This document shows positions 38,098-49,738 of a DNA stretch of 64,000 nucleotides, in pieces. The notes beneath the pieces were generated by a model. That model worked only from the letters and a program-made list of their open reading frames with translations, had not been told where the DNA came from and did not search any database. Source of the DNA: Rhynchobatus australiae (taxonomy: Eukaryota); NCBI GenBank assembly GCA_034780895.1, contig JAUZTB010000070.1, forward strand, positions 26,852,505 through 26,916,504. Direction: 5' to 3'. The translations under genes and the position numbers were made by a program. The first letter of the stretch is position 1. Each line of letters begins with the position of its first letter.

Positions 38098-38274
38098 GTG
38101 CACAGAATCTACCGGGGTGGTGGTGGAAGCTTCCAAAAGGCCCAAGAAGAATGGAGTGCAGGCACATGGCAAAATCCCCCACCTAATCAATTAGCATTTC
38201 AAACAGTTACTGGTAATACCCTGCCACAGTACCCCACAGTGCCAAGATACCCTGGTGAAAATGACTGGTCCTAA
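38098..38274 (+). CDS. SCAMP4: SCAMP4 last coding exon
   Basis: ctattag|GTG; VHRIYRGGGGSFQKAQEEWSAGTWQNPPPNQLAFQTVTGNTLPQYPTVPRYPGENDWS*; the LPxYPTVPxYPG tail is SCAMP4-like; spliced CDS 7+129+157+102+118+177=690 nt. Confidence 0.96.
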   Translation: MHRIYRGGGGSFQKAQEEWSAGTWQNPPPNQLAFQTVTGNTLPQYPTVPRYPGENDWS

Positions 38275-39903
38275 GATGTGAACCTGTAGACACAAAGTTT
38301 ACTTTATATTTTTATGATGTCATTTAACATTTAAATTGCAAATTAATGTTCTTCATTGTAAATGCCTCATATAATGCTACATATTGAAAATGTTAAGGCA
38401 TCTCTCATTGGAACTTGTTGCATTGCAAAGACTTCAAAATCATGAACAGGAAAGTCTTACTCGTGTATTATGTTTTTATTACATTTGTTTGCCGTTGGGA
38501 CTGAGGTTTCTAATCAGCACTAACTGCCATTATCTCAGACTTTAAAAGTGTATCAAATTGAAATTAGTTCCAAAATTTAGTCTGTGACTTTTAAATGTTG
38601 ATTCTCTTTTTAATCTGATCATGTCCAGAGTTAAAGTACTTCATCCATTCTCATCAGCAAAATCTGACCTAAATACAGAACCTTGAAATGTTCCACTAAT
38701 TGGACCTACTTCTGTACCTTTCCTGTATTTGCTTTATCAAAGGAACCTTCATTATCTTTGGATCTCACTGTATCATCCATGATTGCAGCAACTCGACTGC
38801 TTTTAAAAATAATATTGGGGATCCAGCAACTGCCATCTTCAACGACAAACTTTGACTCCTTAAAAACTGACCAATCATCCTGCATTGCCTTGTTACACAG
38901 CAGGACAACGATTCAATTACTCCTCTTAATGCATGATCACTTGACCACAGGACAGCAACCTGATGTGTGTCCCAAAGTCTTGTTACTCAGGCCGTAATGC
39001 CTGCAAGATCTATCCATAGTCAGTCTTGCTGTAGCAACTACATTTAACAGGATAGATATTAGTTGTTAATAATAGATAAAGTTCAACTCAGAAAACACAT
39101 CAAACCTCTTAATCCAACCATTGGAGCCTGGATTGCCCTTGAAATAGGCTATACCAATATCTTGCATTGGGAGAATGGCCCATTGGAAGAACTCCTTCCT
39201 CCAAGTGATATTAATACCTATACTATTATTGTCAGCATCATCCAGAGGTACACTAAAAGCCCTGCCCCTGTGATACTTAAGACATTTAAGTTCTCTGACT
39301 CTAAATATTGTATCTTCCAAGTCAATCCCTGCAAATCTAAAGGATGAAGAGAGGGATATGTCCTACATCCTCCTAAAATACTAACTTTCTAATAATCACG
39401 TTGGGGATCTGGGTAGCCAATCTTGGAATACCTTAGTAATATTGGTTGGGAGATATAGAATCTTTTTAATAAACTTTCTAATAACCTCATCCCAACCTTG
39501 CAATATATTTTGCAGGCTTGCCAACATTTCTGAGATACCATTTTTACACAGAAACCTTCCACAATTCTGAGGATGTGTCTCGTGCCTTTAAAAGAATCAC
39601 TGAAGACAGCAATATGATCAGCTAAGGCAAATACCGTACAGGACATATCAGAGATTAAACCCACTTCCATCCCTTTTCAAGGACATAATAAAATGTCTAT
39701 TACACAGTTAAATAAAGGAGAGAGCAGGAATGGGAGCGGTCTTCTCCTCCTTTCCCTCAATAGTCATAAAAGATCTAAAACAAAATCATTAAAAACTCTA
39801 CACGCACCGGGTCTGTCCAGAGCCCCACTGATAACAGTATGTCCAACAGAATCAAAAGCTTAGGCCAAATCTATATTTAACAAAAACAACCGCAATGTCC
39901 TTA

Positions 39904-40089
39904 ACAATGCACGCACAATGCTGGAGGAACTCAGCAGGTCAGGCAGGACTCAGTCCTGATGAAGGGTCTCGACCCGAAACGTCGACTGTTTATTTCCCTC
40001 CATAGGTGCTACCTGACTTGCTGATTTCCTCCAGCATTTTGTGTGTGTTGCTCCAGATTCCAGCATCTGCAGAATCTCTAGTGTTTTCA
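39904..40089 (+). mobile_element. Penelope-derived short fold-back element inserted in the R2 fossil
   Basis: 39918-39946 is an inverted repeat of ~40009-40037; PLE terminus ...ctccagattccagcatctgcag; near-perfect 11-bp TSD caatgtcctta / caatgtactta (39893-39903, 40090-40100). Confidence 0.8.
39951..39988 (+). ncRNA. Minimal type I hammerhead ribozyme (intact core)
   Basis: cagtc-CUGAUGA-a-gggu(cucg)accc-GAAAC-GUC-gacug: 5-bp stem I, 4-bp stem II, palindromic ACGU helix III, GUC cleavage triplet ending at 39983. Confidence 0.8.
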
Positions 40090-40842
40090 CAATGTACTTA
40101 GTTTCTTTTAGCTCCCAGTAACAAATTAACCAGAGTTGAGACTATGGGTATTTCCCAGAAATCTATTTCAGGTTACCAACTGATAAACCTTGATTGCATC
40201 TTAATTATTTCTTCAATTTGTACAGTCTCCCACTTTAAATACAACAAATTTATGGGCTATTTGATCAGTTTTACTGTGTGTCATCAAAACAAAACACACA
40301 ATATGTCCTTACTAAATCAATCTTAAAGTTCTATAAAACAAAACTCTGAATGCTTGAAGACAAAACCAATTAAGCAAGTTTACAGGAGTTAAACAAAAGT
40401 GTCTAATTATGCTTGTGCTTGAGTGGTCCAATGAGAGGCAATGTGCATTTACCCAGAATGTTGGACCCTTTAAGTTGGTTTATGAATCGACTTAATGTCA
40501 GCAAGGGACATGATAATTGCAAGTACTGGTTTAACATAGTGGTGGAAGATACTAATATTTTTAAATTGCATCCAACTTGTGAGATCAAAACAGCAAGAAA
40601 ATATTTCAGACATTAAAGATGCCAACAATTACTTGGAAAATTAAAATTTTGTATGTGGGGAGATGCATGTTGTTTGAAACATGGCTTCCTGAATATTGCA
40701 TTACATTAAATAAGTTTTGTAGTACAGATCATAACTGTTTGTACAATTTCTCAGATTTTTAAAGATGCTGCTTATTCCGCCTTTATTTCTGTGAAATGTA
40801 TATGCTAAATTGTTTTCATCCTTCAATAGTGCATTTTGGTCT

Positions 40843-41040
40843 TAAAGTCAACATCGAGTTTATTGTCATATGCACAAGTACATGTGCAATGAAAACCTTC
40901 CTTGCAGCAAAATCACAGACACATAGCATCATATAAGCAGCATTCACAAGATAAACTTAAATTATACACAAATTTTACAAGAAAAAAACACAATTGGAAC
41001 AAAAGAAACAAACTCCATTTTAGTGCAGAGTGGTCAAACT
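40843..41040 (-). mobile_element. Rex1-type LINE 3' tail
   Basis: Close match to 5583-5800. Confidence 0.7.
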
Positions 41041-44000
41041 TGGTGAATGGCACCTGAATCTCTAAGGTACTGTTGATGCATTAACTAATTTCAAAAAACA
41101 ATTTTGTCTGTTTCTTGGAAAAACTTGGTTAATTATATGTCTTCTTTACTAAATAATAGCCTAAATAATGTGTGACTAAATGCTGTATGATGCATGCAAG
41201 CATATGTGAAAATGTTGATGCATTACTCTAGGTATTGCCCTGTTTAGAGATATACTTCTCTAAATGCATTCCAAATGCTCTCACACTGCTGAAATTCAAG
41301 GCTGCTGTCTTCATTAGGCAATAGAAATGAAGATTTTTCAAAATATCTAATTCAAACATAACACATAGTCCAAACCTTTGAGTGTGTAATTTTTCTTTTC
41401 TGAAAACAATTTGAGTATTGTTCAATTTTCTGATACTGACTTCTAAAGTATGATTTGATGACTTATTAAAAATAAATTGCCATAAGGCAATAACACATTT
41501 CATATTCCAAATAACTGCATAATTGGAGGAGAATGTAATTTTTTTACATATAACAGTGAAAATGTTTTAAATTTTAGTTGACAAATAAAGTCTTACTAAT
41601 TTTTCAGAAATTAGTTAGAAATTTGTGGACACTTCCGTTTATTTTTTGGCTTGTCTCTCGTTGATCTTGAAATAAGTGCAGCTTTTTTCAGGGTATCTAG
41701 TAGGCACTAAGAACAAACTATATTGCCAAATTGTCACCAGGTTCATGATGATGTTGACAGCAGTGAGTACAGCCAACTGATGCTTTTAATGGAGGAAAAT
41801 TGTCCTTGCTAGTTAGTCCAATCATTTGGAATGATCACCTTTCTACAATAATATATAGAGGTGGGGGAGAAAGAAACAAATGGACTAATATGAAAGCAGT
41901 ATTGCTTCTAAACTGTATCACTTTTTTATGATGCATACTTGCTTCCGACATTGCAAAGGAATGAGTTCATTTGCTTTCCTTGCAGATAGAAAACAATTAA
42001 GAGACCAACAAAATGCTCAGCAGCAACCAGTCATGTGCTTTGAACGTTTTATTTAAATACGTTGTGCCCATTTTCCTAAGTGCACTTACCTATTCTGTCA
42101 TTATTGTTATAGCTGCCAAAGCCTAATGGGTGGAAGTGCCTTATAATGGTGTTTCTAGCTGAAATTGTGCTATAAACTGAATACACTTTTAACACTGGAA
42201 ACAGTGTTGTGGTCAGAAAATGCCTGCTATTAAACAATTTCATTGCAGAAGTTTTGCTGTATAAAAATAATGAAATTTCTGTATATTAAGCATGAGGTTG
42301 CTAACATTCTAATCTCAGTGAATCACTTGGAAAATTACAGAAGCACTTGCCTTTGGTTAGTTTTCCAAATTTATTTTTTTGTTGGGAGAAGGTTTAAAAG
42401 TGAAATACTTATTTACATTATATCAAAAGATAAACGTTCAAGAAATTAGATTTAAATACTTGGTCAACACATATATTTATACTCCTTTGATACATTAGTG
42501 TAAATTTGAAGAGATAGTTATGAGCTTTATACTTATTAATGCTTTTGAACAGTTGGTTAATTGCAGAATTTGAGCTGAAATGTTATATGAGATGAATAAT
42601 TTAAGTGTTATACACCAAGGATGCATTGAGAATTCAGTAAACAGCATATGGAAGCTTAAGTTATCAAAAATTCCTTTTTAGATGTTAATTGCTATAGATG
42701 CATTACAGGATTCCTTTCTATTTTAATGTTCTTGGGTGTCTGATACAGCTTGCATGGAAATAACATGAACAATTATATAAGTATAATTGCTGTGTTAGGT
42801 TTGATACTATAATGGGGCATGGCTATACAATTACTGCATATGAATTTATATTTTGCTTATGCGGTCATTCAGAACTGCTCGACACTTGTCCCTTTTTTTT
42901 GGTATTTAGTGTTCAATCTTATAAGCAGAGATGCAGAACTATTTGGAGATGAGGGGGACAGGGCTTGAGAAAAAGCTGTGGAGAAGGGATATATACACAA
43001 AGTAGTACACTTTCCGAGCTGCTTGTGACCAGACTTTAAATATTAAAACACAGCTGTCAGGGAGAATTCGCGGTCTCTTTTTTTGTTGAAGCATTGTGAC
43101 TTGTATGGAGGATATTAGTCAATTTAGGGTACTATAAGAAACCTCAGTAACATTATGTTTGGTGTGATTTTCAAATATAGTGAAAATTAGTGGAGAATGA
43201 TGAGAGTTCGCATATTACAAAACCATTCCTTCTCACGAAAACCTTCATTTGCAGAAATGTAAATGTATATTACTTTCACAAACCTACTTGTTAAAATTGA
43301 AGCCTGTGAGCAAACCTTTTGAAATCTATTGGGAATGTATAGAATAGCCATAACATAGTTTTGGAATATTCAAGTTATAATTGATTTAAAGTAGGTCATC
43401 AAATATGAGCAAATGTGAGGAGGAGCTTTGAACTCGAATCAATTTCTAACACTGTCTTTATTAGCAATGCCCTCAGTATAACTTCATATTAAAAGGAGGG
43501 GGATTTTTTTTTAGTTGTCATATGTCATTGCTTTTGTATGGAAGCAACAGAGTTTAGGTTAGATAACAAAACTCCAAATTTGTAATATTAATCTAATTTC
43601 AAGCTCTTAAAATTAGACTTCTAACATTCCATATTATAGTGCAAGTTACATTAAACAGATGCTTTTGGTGATTATTCCATTCGTTATATCTTAAATTCCA
43701 CTTTAATTGAGAGCACTACTGTAGTTATGTATTGTTTAATAGATTTAATGTAGTTTCTTAAGGCTTCTATAACTTAGATGATTTGTATTTGGTAATCAGA
43801 ACAGAATGCACAAAAGAATATTTTAGTTTTTATGCTTTGAAAAAGGAAGATTGCAGTGTTCTGCTTCTAGGTTTTTGAACCTAAAGTGACACATTTCATG
43901 TGTTTGTGTAATTTTTTTGTCTATTGTAATAACTTTTGGTATTCCTTTTGTGGATAACATTCTTAAAAAGTAGTTCTGCAAACATTTCTACACAAGGTAT

Positions 44001-45123
44001 TTATAATGTATCTATAATTTCTATAATTTAGTCCCCCTGTTCTGACTTGGGTATTGATAGAAAATCCACAATGTATGGAAAAGCTAACTTAAGATCTTCT
44101 ATGAACATTTGAAAGTTTACCATTTATTTACATTAGTAAGGAACACTATTGATTCTTTCAAAATTCCTCATTGTTCCCCTTTAAGGACATATCCAGTTTT
44201 TTTTCATTTTGAGTGGCTTTTTTGATCTTAGTATTTTACACTAAATAATACTTTGTGCAAAATTAAGTGTTAGAATTCTGATTTCCTCTGTATTGCCATA
44301 TTGACATTCTTGCAGTTACCTTTGTTTATCTGATTATAGTTACAAAAATTGGGGTATGAGATTTATGTTGGGATAAATCAGTTGAAGTACTGTTTGGATT
44401 CGACAATGTTTATAATTGCTCTTTGGCAGAAGGTTTTTAACTATTTTGTGTTTAGAATGCAGTAATGTGTCAATTACTAATAAAGAAATTATGCCAGTAA
44501 ATCAGTTGGCTGATCAGGTAACCTTCTCCCATCTTCAGGGNNNNNNNNNNATGATTCTGCCTATTTTTCATTTATGAACTGTTTAACTTTTTAACTTGGT
44601 GCAGACAGAAACTTGTATGGCAAAAAATTAATTGGCTAACTTCCAGAACACTTTGGTCTGTAAAGTTTTGAAGCTAATGAATTAATTTACAAGGTGTTTT
44701 TGTGAATATTTTATTTCTAATGTACATGGCGTACAATTTCATAGCAGATAATTGATTCATGTAAGTATACTAAAGTTAGTTGCTTGTCAAAATTAAAAGC
44801 AATGTGCTTTTTTGTTAAACTTTGTTCTCTCATAAAATGTAATCATTTAATAATTGAAACTGAAAAGAAGTTGCAAAAACTTCCTTATGGATGTGCTATT
44901 TTTCTGAACTGACAGCCCTACTCATTTGAATATATTTTAAGATGCCTGTTAATGTATTTTGCCTGTTTTGAAATTTGTTGTGTATGGAAAGTTAACTGTA
45001 AAATATAATGTTTCTTATTTAAGGGAAATGTATTGTTTTATTTTTTAAAAAAAGTTGGTGATTGCAGGGCCAAGAACTTTGTGGGAAGAATACTTTATTG
45101 TAAAATTATAACCTTGTAATACT

Positions 45124-45129
45124 AATAAA
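45124..45129 (+). terminator. Candidate distal polyadenylation signal AATAAA of SCAMP4
   Basis: Hexamer at the end of a U-rich, UGUA-rich segment; repeat-derived sequence resumes after it. Confidence 0.4.
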
Positions 45130-45217
45130 CTGCCTGTGGTAAGTGATATGAACCACTGAATTTACTTCATAACAACTTGCATTTCACTTGGTGGAACCTG
45201 ATGGAAAGCTCATACCG

Positions 45218-45378
45218 GTACAACAACAATAAAATGCTGGAGGAATGTAGCAGGACAGCCCTGGTGAAGGGTCTCGATCCGAAAGCTCGACTGTCTATTT
45301 CCCTCCATAGATGCTGCCTCACCTACTGAGTTCCTCCAGCATTTTGTGTGTGTTGCTCCAGGTTTCAGCATCTGCAGT
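45218..45378 (+). mobile_element. Penelope-derived fold-back element with mutated hammerhead
   Basis: aaaatgctggaggaa...gacagccCTGGTGAagggtctcgatccGAAAgctcgactgtc...ttcctccagcatttt. Confidence 0.75.
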
Positions 45379-46057
45379 CTGAGATTTTGCAGCAGTATGA
45401 TACAAATCTGCTGTTGAACTAGATTTTGCATCCTTCGAGTCCTATTTTGTATTGAGTTTCCAACTCCATGTTCTGTCTGTCACAAACACTTCCTACATCC
45501 TCTTTGTAGCAATGTTTGTCCACTTCTGCTCTATTAACTATGCCCAACTTGTCTCCTGTATCAGCTCATCTAAAACCTCCTCCATATTTTTGCAACCTTT
45601 CTAATTTATCTATTCCAATAATTTCCTTGTTGGCTCCCATCCTTACATAACCTAAAACTCTTCTAAACAAAAATGAGAAAAATGTTATATTTTTGGACAA
45701 GCAAGTAAAAGGTGATTTTTGTTTAGAGGGTTCTAGGAATTAACAAACAGAATAAAAGTTATTATCTCTCCATTATAGATAAGTGGCGAAAGAGAGGATC
45801 CTTTAATGGGTCAAACGCCACCTAAAGTCAGCCAGATGCAGGAATGCAGAAGGAGAATGGTCACAAGGATATTAAAACAGTGGAAGTGGAGAAAGCCTGA
45901 GCAGGAAATGTCAGCACAACATTGTGGGCTGAAGGGCCTGTTCTGTGTTGTACTGTTCTATGTTCTATTAATTGTTCAAAAAAAATTGGAAGAGAATGGA
46001 GTAATAAACAGAAATGGTGCACCATAAGCAAAGGCAGAATGGGAGGAAAGTAATTAA

Positions 46058-46563
46058 ACCAGAATCAGATTTATTATCACTGATGTATGATATGAAATTG
46101 TTGTTGTAGCAGCAGAACAGTGCAAAGACATAAAATTACCATAAATTACAAAAATAGATAGTGCAAAAAAAAGGAATAACGAGGTAGTGTCCATGGGTTC
46201 ATGGACCGTTCAGAAATCTGATGGCAGTGGGGAAGAAGCTGTTCCTAAATCATTGAGTGTGGGTCTTTAGGCTCCTGTACCTCTTCCCCGATGGTACTAA
46301 TAAGAAGAGGGCATGTCCTGGATGGTGAGGGTCCTTAGTGATGGATGCTGCCTTCTTGAGGTACCGCCTCTTGAAGATGTACTCAATGGCAGGGACGGTT
46401 TTGCCAGTGGTGGAGCTGGCTGAGTCTACAACCCTCTGCAGCCTCTTGTGATCCTGTCCATTGGAGTCTCCATACCAGGCTATGATGCAACCAGTCAGAA
46501 TGCCCTCCGCAGTATATCTATAGAAATTTGTAAGAGTGTTTGGTGACATGCCAAATCTCCTCA
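46058..46563 (-). mobile_element. Rex1-type LINE 3' fragment
   Basis: RRFGMSPNTLTNFYRYTAEGILTGCIIAWYG...LQRVVDSAS...PSGKRYRSLKT. Confidence 0.85.
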
Positions 46564-48640
46564 ATATAAGAAATGTATAAACATACTGAGCATTAGGAAC
46601 AAATTGAATGCACTGCATGCACATTCTTGAATTGGAGGGTATGATGATAATAGTTGTTTGATGATATGTGGCTGCAGGATGGTCAGAACTGGGAACTAAA
46701 TATGCCTGGCTATAAGATCTGCAGAAATGAAAGGAAAATTAAGGATGAAATCACTTCAGTGATGCATCTCATAGAACAATCCTGTCATCCCATTGTCATG
46801 ATCTCTCCCCAAGGCACTGCAATTTATTTTCTCTCAAGTGCCTATCCAGTTCCCTTTTGAAGGCATTGATTGATTGATTTTGTCCAGAGGCCTGAAATGC
46901 AGTGAATTCCAGATCATAGCTCTTTATATGCAGTAGTTTNNNNNNNNNNGACCAGAATTTTAAACCTGGGCCCCCTAGTCATTGAACCATTCAGATAGGA
47001 ACAGTTTCACGCTATCTAAAACAGTCAAGAATATTTACAGATTTGTCATTTATGTCCATCTTCTTTGCTCCAAGGGAGAGAGGAACCCGCAAGGGATATC
47101 AAACTTAGTACAACATACAATGAAAGAGAAGCGGTTGATCAGGAGTAACGTGGACCTCTTGAAAACTGATTATAGTGAAAATGCATGTTTAAATAATTTA
47201 TCATTTTTTTAAATTCGAGAAAGGAATTAACAGGCTGTCCATCTCAAAGAAGCCAGGAATGAATAAGGGAGAAGGACTTTTTTTTTAAAAATTAAAATAC
47301 AGAAAATATAACAGTCATGGAGAAAATAATCTCTAAGACTAGGTTTTCAAATCCAGTGTTTAAAACAGAGTAGAACGTTGGAGGAGCCATAACCATAATA
47401 TTCTAAAGTTTTCTTGATTAGAGAAGTACTCCCTTGGAAAATTAAACATCCCACCCCTCTCAACTATTTTTAAAAGGAGTAAGGAATCTATAAACCAGTT
47501 AACCTAAGTATCTGTTCATGTGAAAGTATCAACGTCTGAAATTAAGAGGGTAACTTAAAACCTTAAACCACTGTGAATTTCTGGCGGGTTGGCCATTACT
47601 GATGAACACAGATGTAACTGAAGTAGGGGATGGAGAATGTTATGCCCTTCCAGAAAGCATTTTTAACTAAGGTTGAAGTCCTTGGAAATGAAAGCAACCT
47701 GTTTTGGAAACTTGCTGGGTTAAAACACAGTGATTGTGGACAGGTAGACACATTAGTAGGATGTGGTGAGGAATGTCCCCAGGAATCTGTTGTAATAATT
47801 GTCTATTTAAGTTACTTGGCCATAGGATTTTTCTCACACTCGATCTTGCACTAGTGTCAGTATTTTGTTGATTTTGTACATGTCTAAGTTATGTATGCTT
47901 GTTAACTTGTGTTTGTCCTCGTCTTGTAATTCACAGTGCTGCTGCTGCAAAAAGCTAATTCTCATGGCATTTATACTGTGTATGTATGTCTATACCAACA
48001 ATAAACTTGAACTTGAAAGCACATATGTAAACGTGCCAAAGATGGGCAGCATTCTAATCATGGTTGATTGAAGTATTAAAATACAAAAAGGATTAAGTGA
48101 ATGGGAATATGGGTATTGATGATGATCAAGGAGGCTANNNNNNNNNNNNNNNNNNNNNNNNNNNNNNNNNNNNNNNNNNNNNNNNNNNNNNNNNNNNNNN
48201 NNNNNNNNNNNNNNNNNNNNNNNNNNNNNNNNNNNNNNNNNNNNNNNNNNNNNNNNNNNNNNNNNNNNNNNNNNNNNNNNNNNNNNNNNNNNNNNNNNNN
48301 NNNCTACAAGGGTTAAGTTTTGTATTCTCTGAATTTTATAAGGTTACTGAGTGCTTTGATTGCAGTTTTTGAGATAGTATGAGGAATTGAGGATAAATAG
48401 AGAAACTATATCAGTTAATTCTGTTTAGGTGTCATTGTTGGAAAAAGTTAGAGCCAGGAATAAAATTAGGAAACACTTTTACTCATGAAGGTTGTTAGAA
48501 TTTTGGAAACAGCATCAGCTGTTGACTGCAGAAGATACGTCAATTGTTAACTTTAAATCTGAGATGGATTTTGTTAATTGAAGTTGAGGGATAGAGGACA
48601 GAGGTTAATAAACAGTCACAAACCAACATGATCTCACTAA
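46564..48640 (+). mobile_element. Old, fragmented CR1 LINE with nested repeats
   Basis: APE start ...WLQDGQNWELNMPGYKICR; scattered RT and 3' remnants; Rex1-like tail nested at ~47830-48018. Confidence 0.5.
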
Positions 48641-48644
48641 ATCA

Positions 48645-48970
48645 GGCAGCACTGTAGGGCAGCTCGTAGAGCCGCTGCCTCACAGAGGCCTGGGTTCAAT
48701 TCTGACCTTGGGTGCTGCTGGCGTGGAGTTTGCACTTTCTCCTGGTGAACATGTGGGTTTCCTCTGGATGCTCCAGTTTCCTCCCATATTCCAAAGGCAT
48801 TGGTTGATTGGCCACTGTAAATTGCCTAAATGGTGGAATTGGCAGGAGTTGGTGAAAATGTGGGGAGAATAGAAAAAGAAATAGGATTAATGATTAATGA
48901 ATATGGGTGGTTAAAGGTCACCATGGACTTGATGGGCAAAAGGCCTGTATCTGTGCTGTACCTATGACTC
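48645..48970 (+). mobile_element. V-SINE (HE1-like) with HER1/CR1-type tail
   Basis: tRNA head (gggttcaatt), V-domain gtggagtttgcactttctcc...ggtttcctctggatgctccagtttcctccc, tail ggcctgtatctgtgctgta. Confidence 0.8.
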
Positions 48971-49108
48971 AAATGACAGTGGAATCTGCAATAATTGGCA
49001 TTGGAACTAGAAACTATTGGCAGGGCTGAGAAAATGCTGTGCCAAAGATTGGTTCAATATGGGTCTTAAAGGAGGAAGGAGATGTGTACTTGCTTTGGGT
49101 ATCTATAA

Positions 49109-49352
49109 ACTCTATTAGCCCCGATCATCATCAGTACCCATTTTCCCATTCCTTCAATCCTTTAATTCTTTGTATTTTAATACTTCACGATTATAATGCT
49201 GCCTATCTTTGGCACATTTACATATGCACTTTCAAGCCTCAGCCCGAAACCGTGACTGTTTATTTCCCTCCATAGATGTTGCCGGCCTGCTGAGTTCTTC
49301 CAGCATTTTGTGTGTGTTGCTCCAGATTCCAGCATCCGCAGAATCTCTCGTC
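49109..49352 (+). mobile_element. Penelope 3'-end insertion carrying an inverted copy of 48012-48137
   Basis: 14-bp direct repeats ttgggtatctataa (49095-49108, 49353-49366); 49237-49352 is a PLE terminus. Confidence 0.75.
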
Positions 49353-49738
49353 TTGGGTATCTATAAGCCTTGATTCTAGAAGTTAGGACCTGAGTGCCTG
49401 AAGCAATCACTACAAATAGTGGATAAAAGAAATCTAGGATGCACAAGAGTTGAATAAACCTGTAGCTTTTGCTGGTTCTAGGGCTGGAGGAGACCATGGG
49501 AAGGTTTGAGCCCAAGTAGGAGTTTGACCTTGCAAAACTACAAATCTGTTATTGGAAAGTGGGGTTCAGCTGGTTAGGTCTTTTTCTGACCAGCACAAAT
49601 GTAGTGAGCTGAATGGGCTCTCATATTACAACGTTTCTTTGATTCTATGAAAATCGAGGCTTGGGGGAACCAGTGGCAGGTAAAGTTCAATGAACGCAGT
49701 TGTAAAGCAGAACAAGGATTTGGATACAGCAAAGGTTA

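Larger units (their letters stand above)
38680..40225 (-). mobile_element. Fossil R2-clade (RLE-type) non-LTR retrotransposon
   Basis: Colinear motifs on the minus strand: AVVF/DLA*AFDSVGH (RT), LSPLFNCVID, ALADHIAVFSDS (YADD equivalent), IRKFIKKILYLP, GIPRLATQIP, WRKEFFQW..Q.IG..F.GNPGSNGWI, CRHY...GHTSGCCP (CCHC), IKRSN, DWSVFKE, PNIIF..IMDDTVR, KVQK*. Confidence 0.8.
38275..45145 (+). other. SCAMP4: Putative SCAMP4 3'UTR (maximal extent; several alternative AATAAA)
   Basis: AT/UG-rich, largely repeat-poor 41.1-45.1 kb; AATAAA at 39468, 39687, 39711, 41471, 41584, 44479, 45124. Confidence 0.4.

Noticed and set aside
38359-38375. aaatgcctcat, faintly like the 28S R2 target flank TAGCCAAATGCCTCGTC
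   Set aside because: Only ~9 nt match, on the wrong strand relative to the R2 fossil and ~300 bp away.
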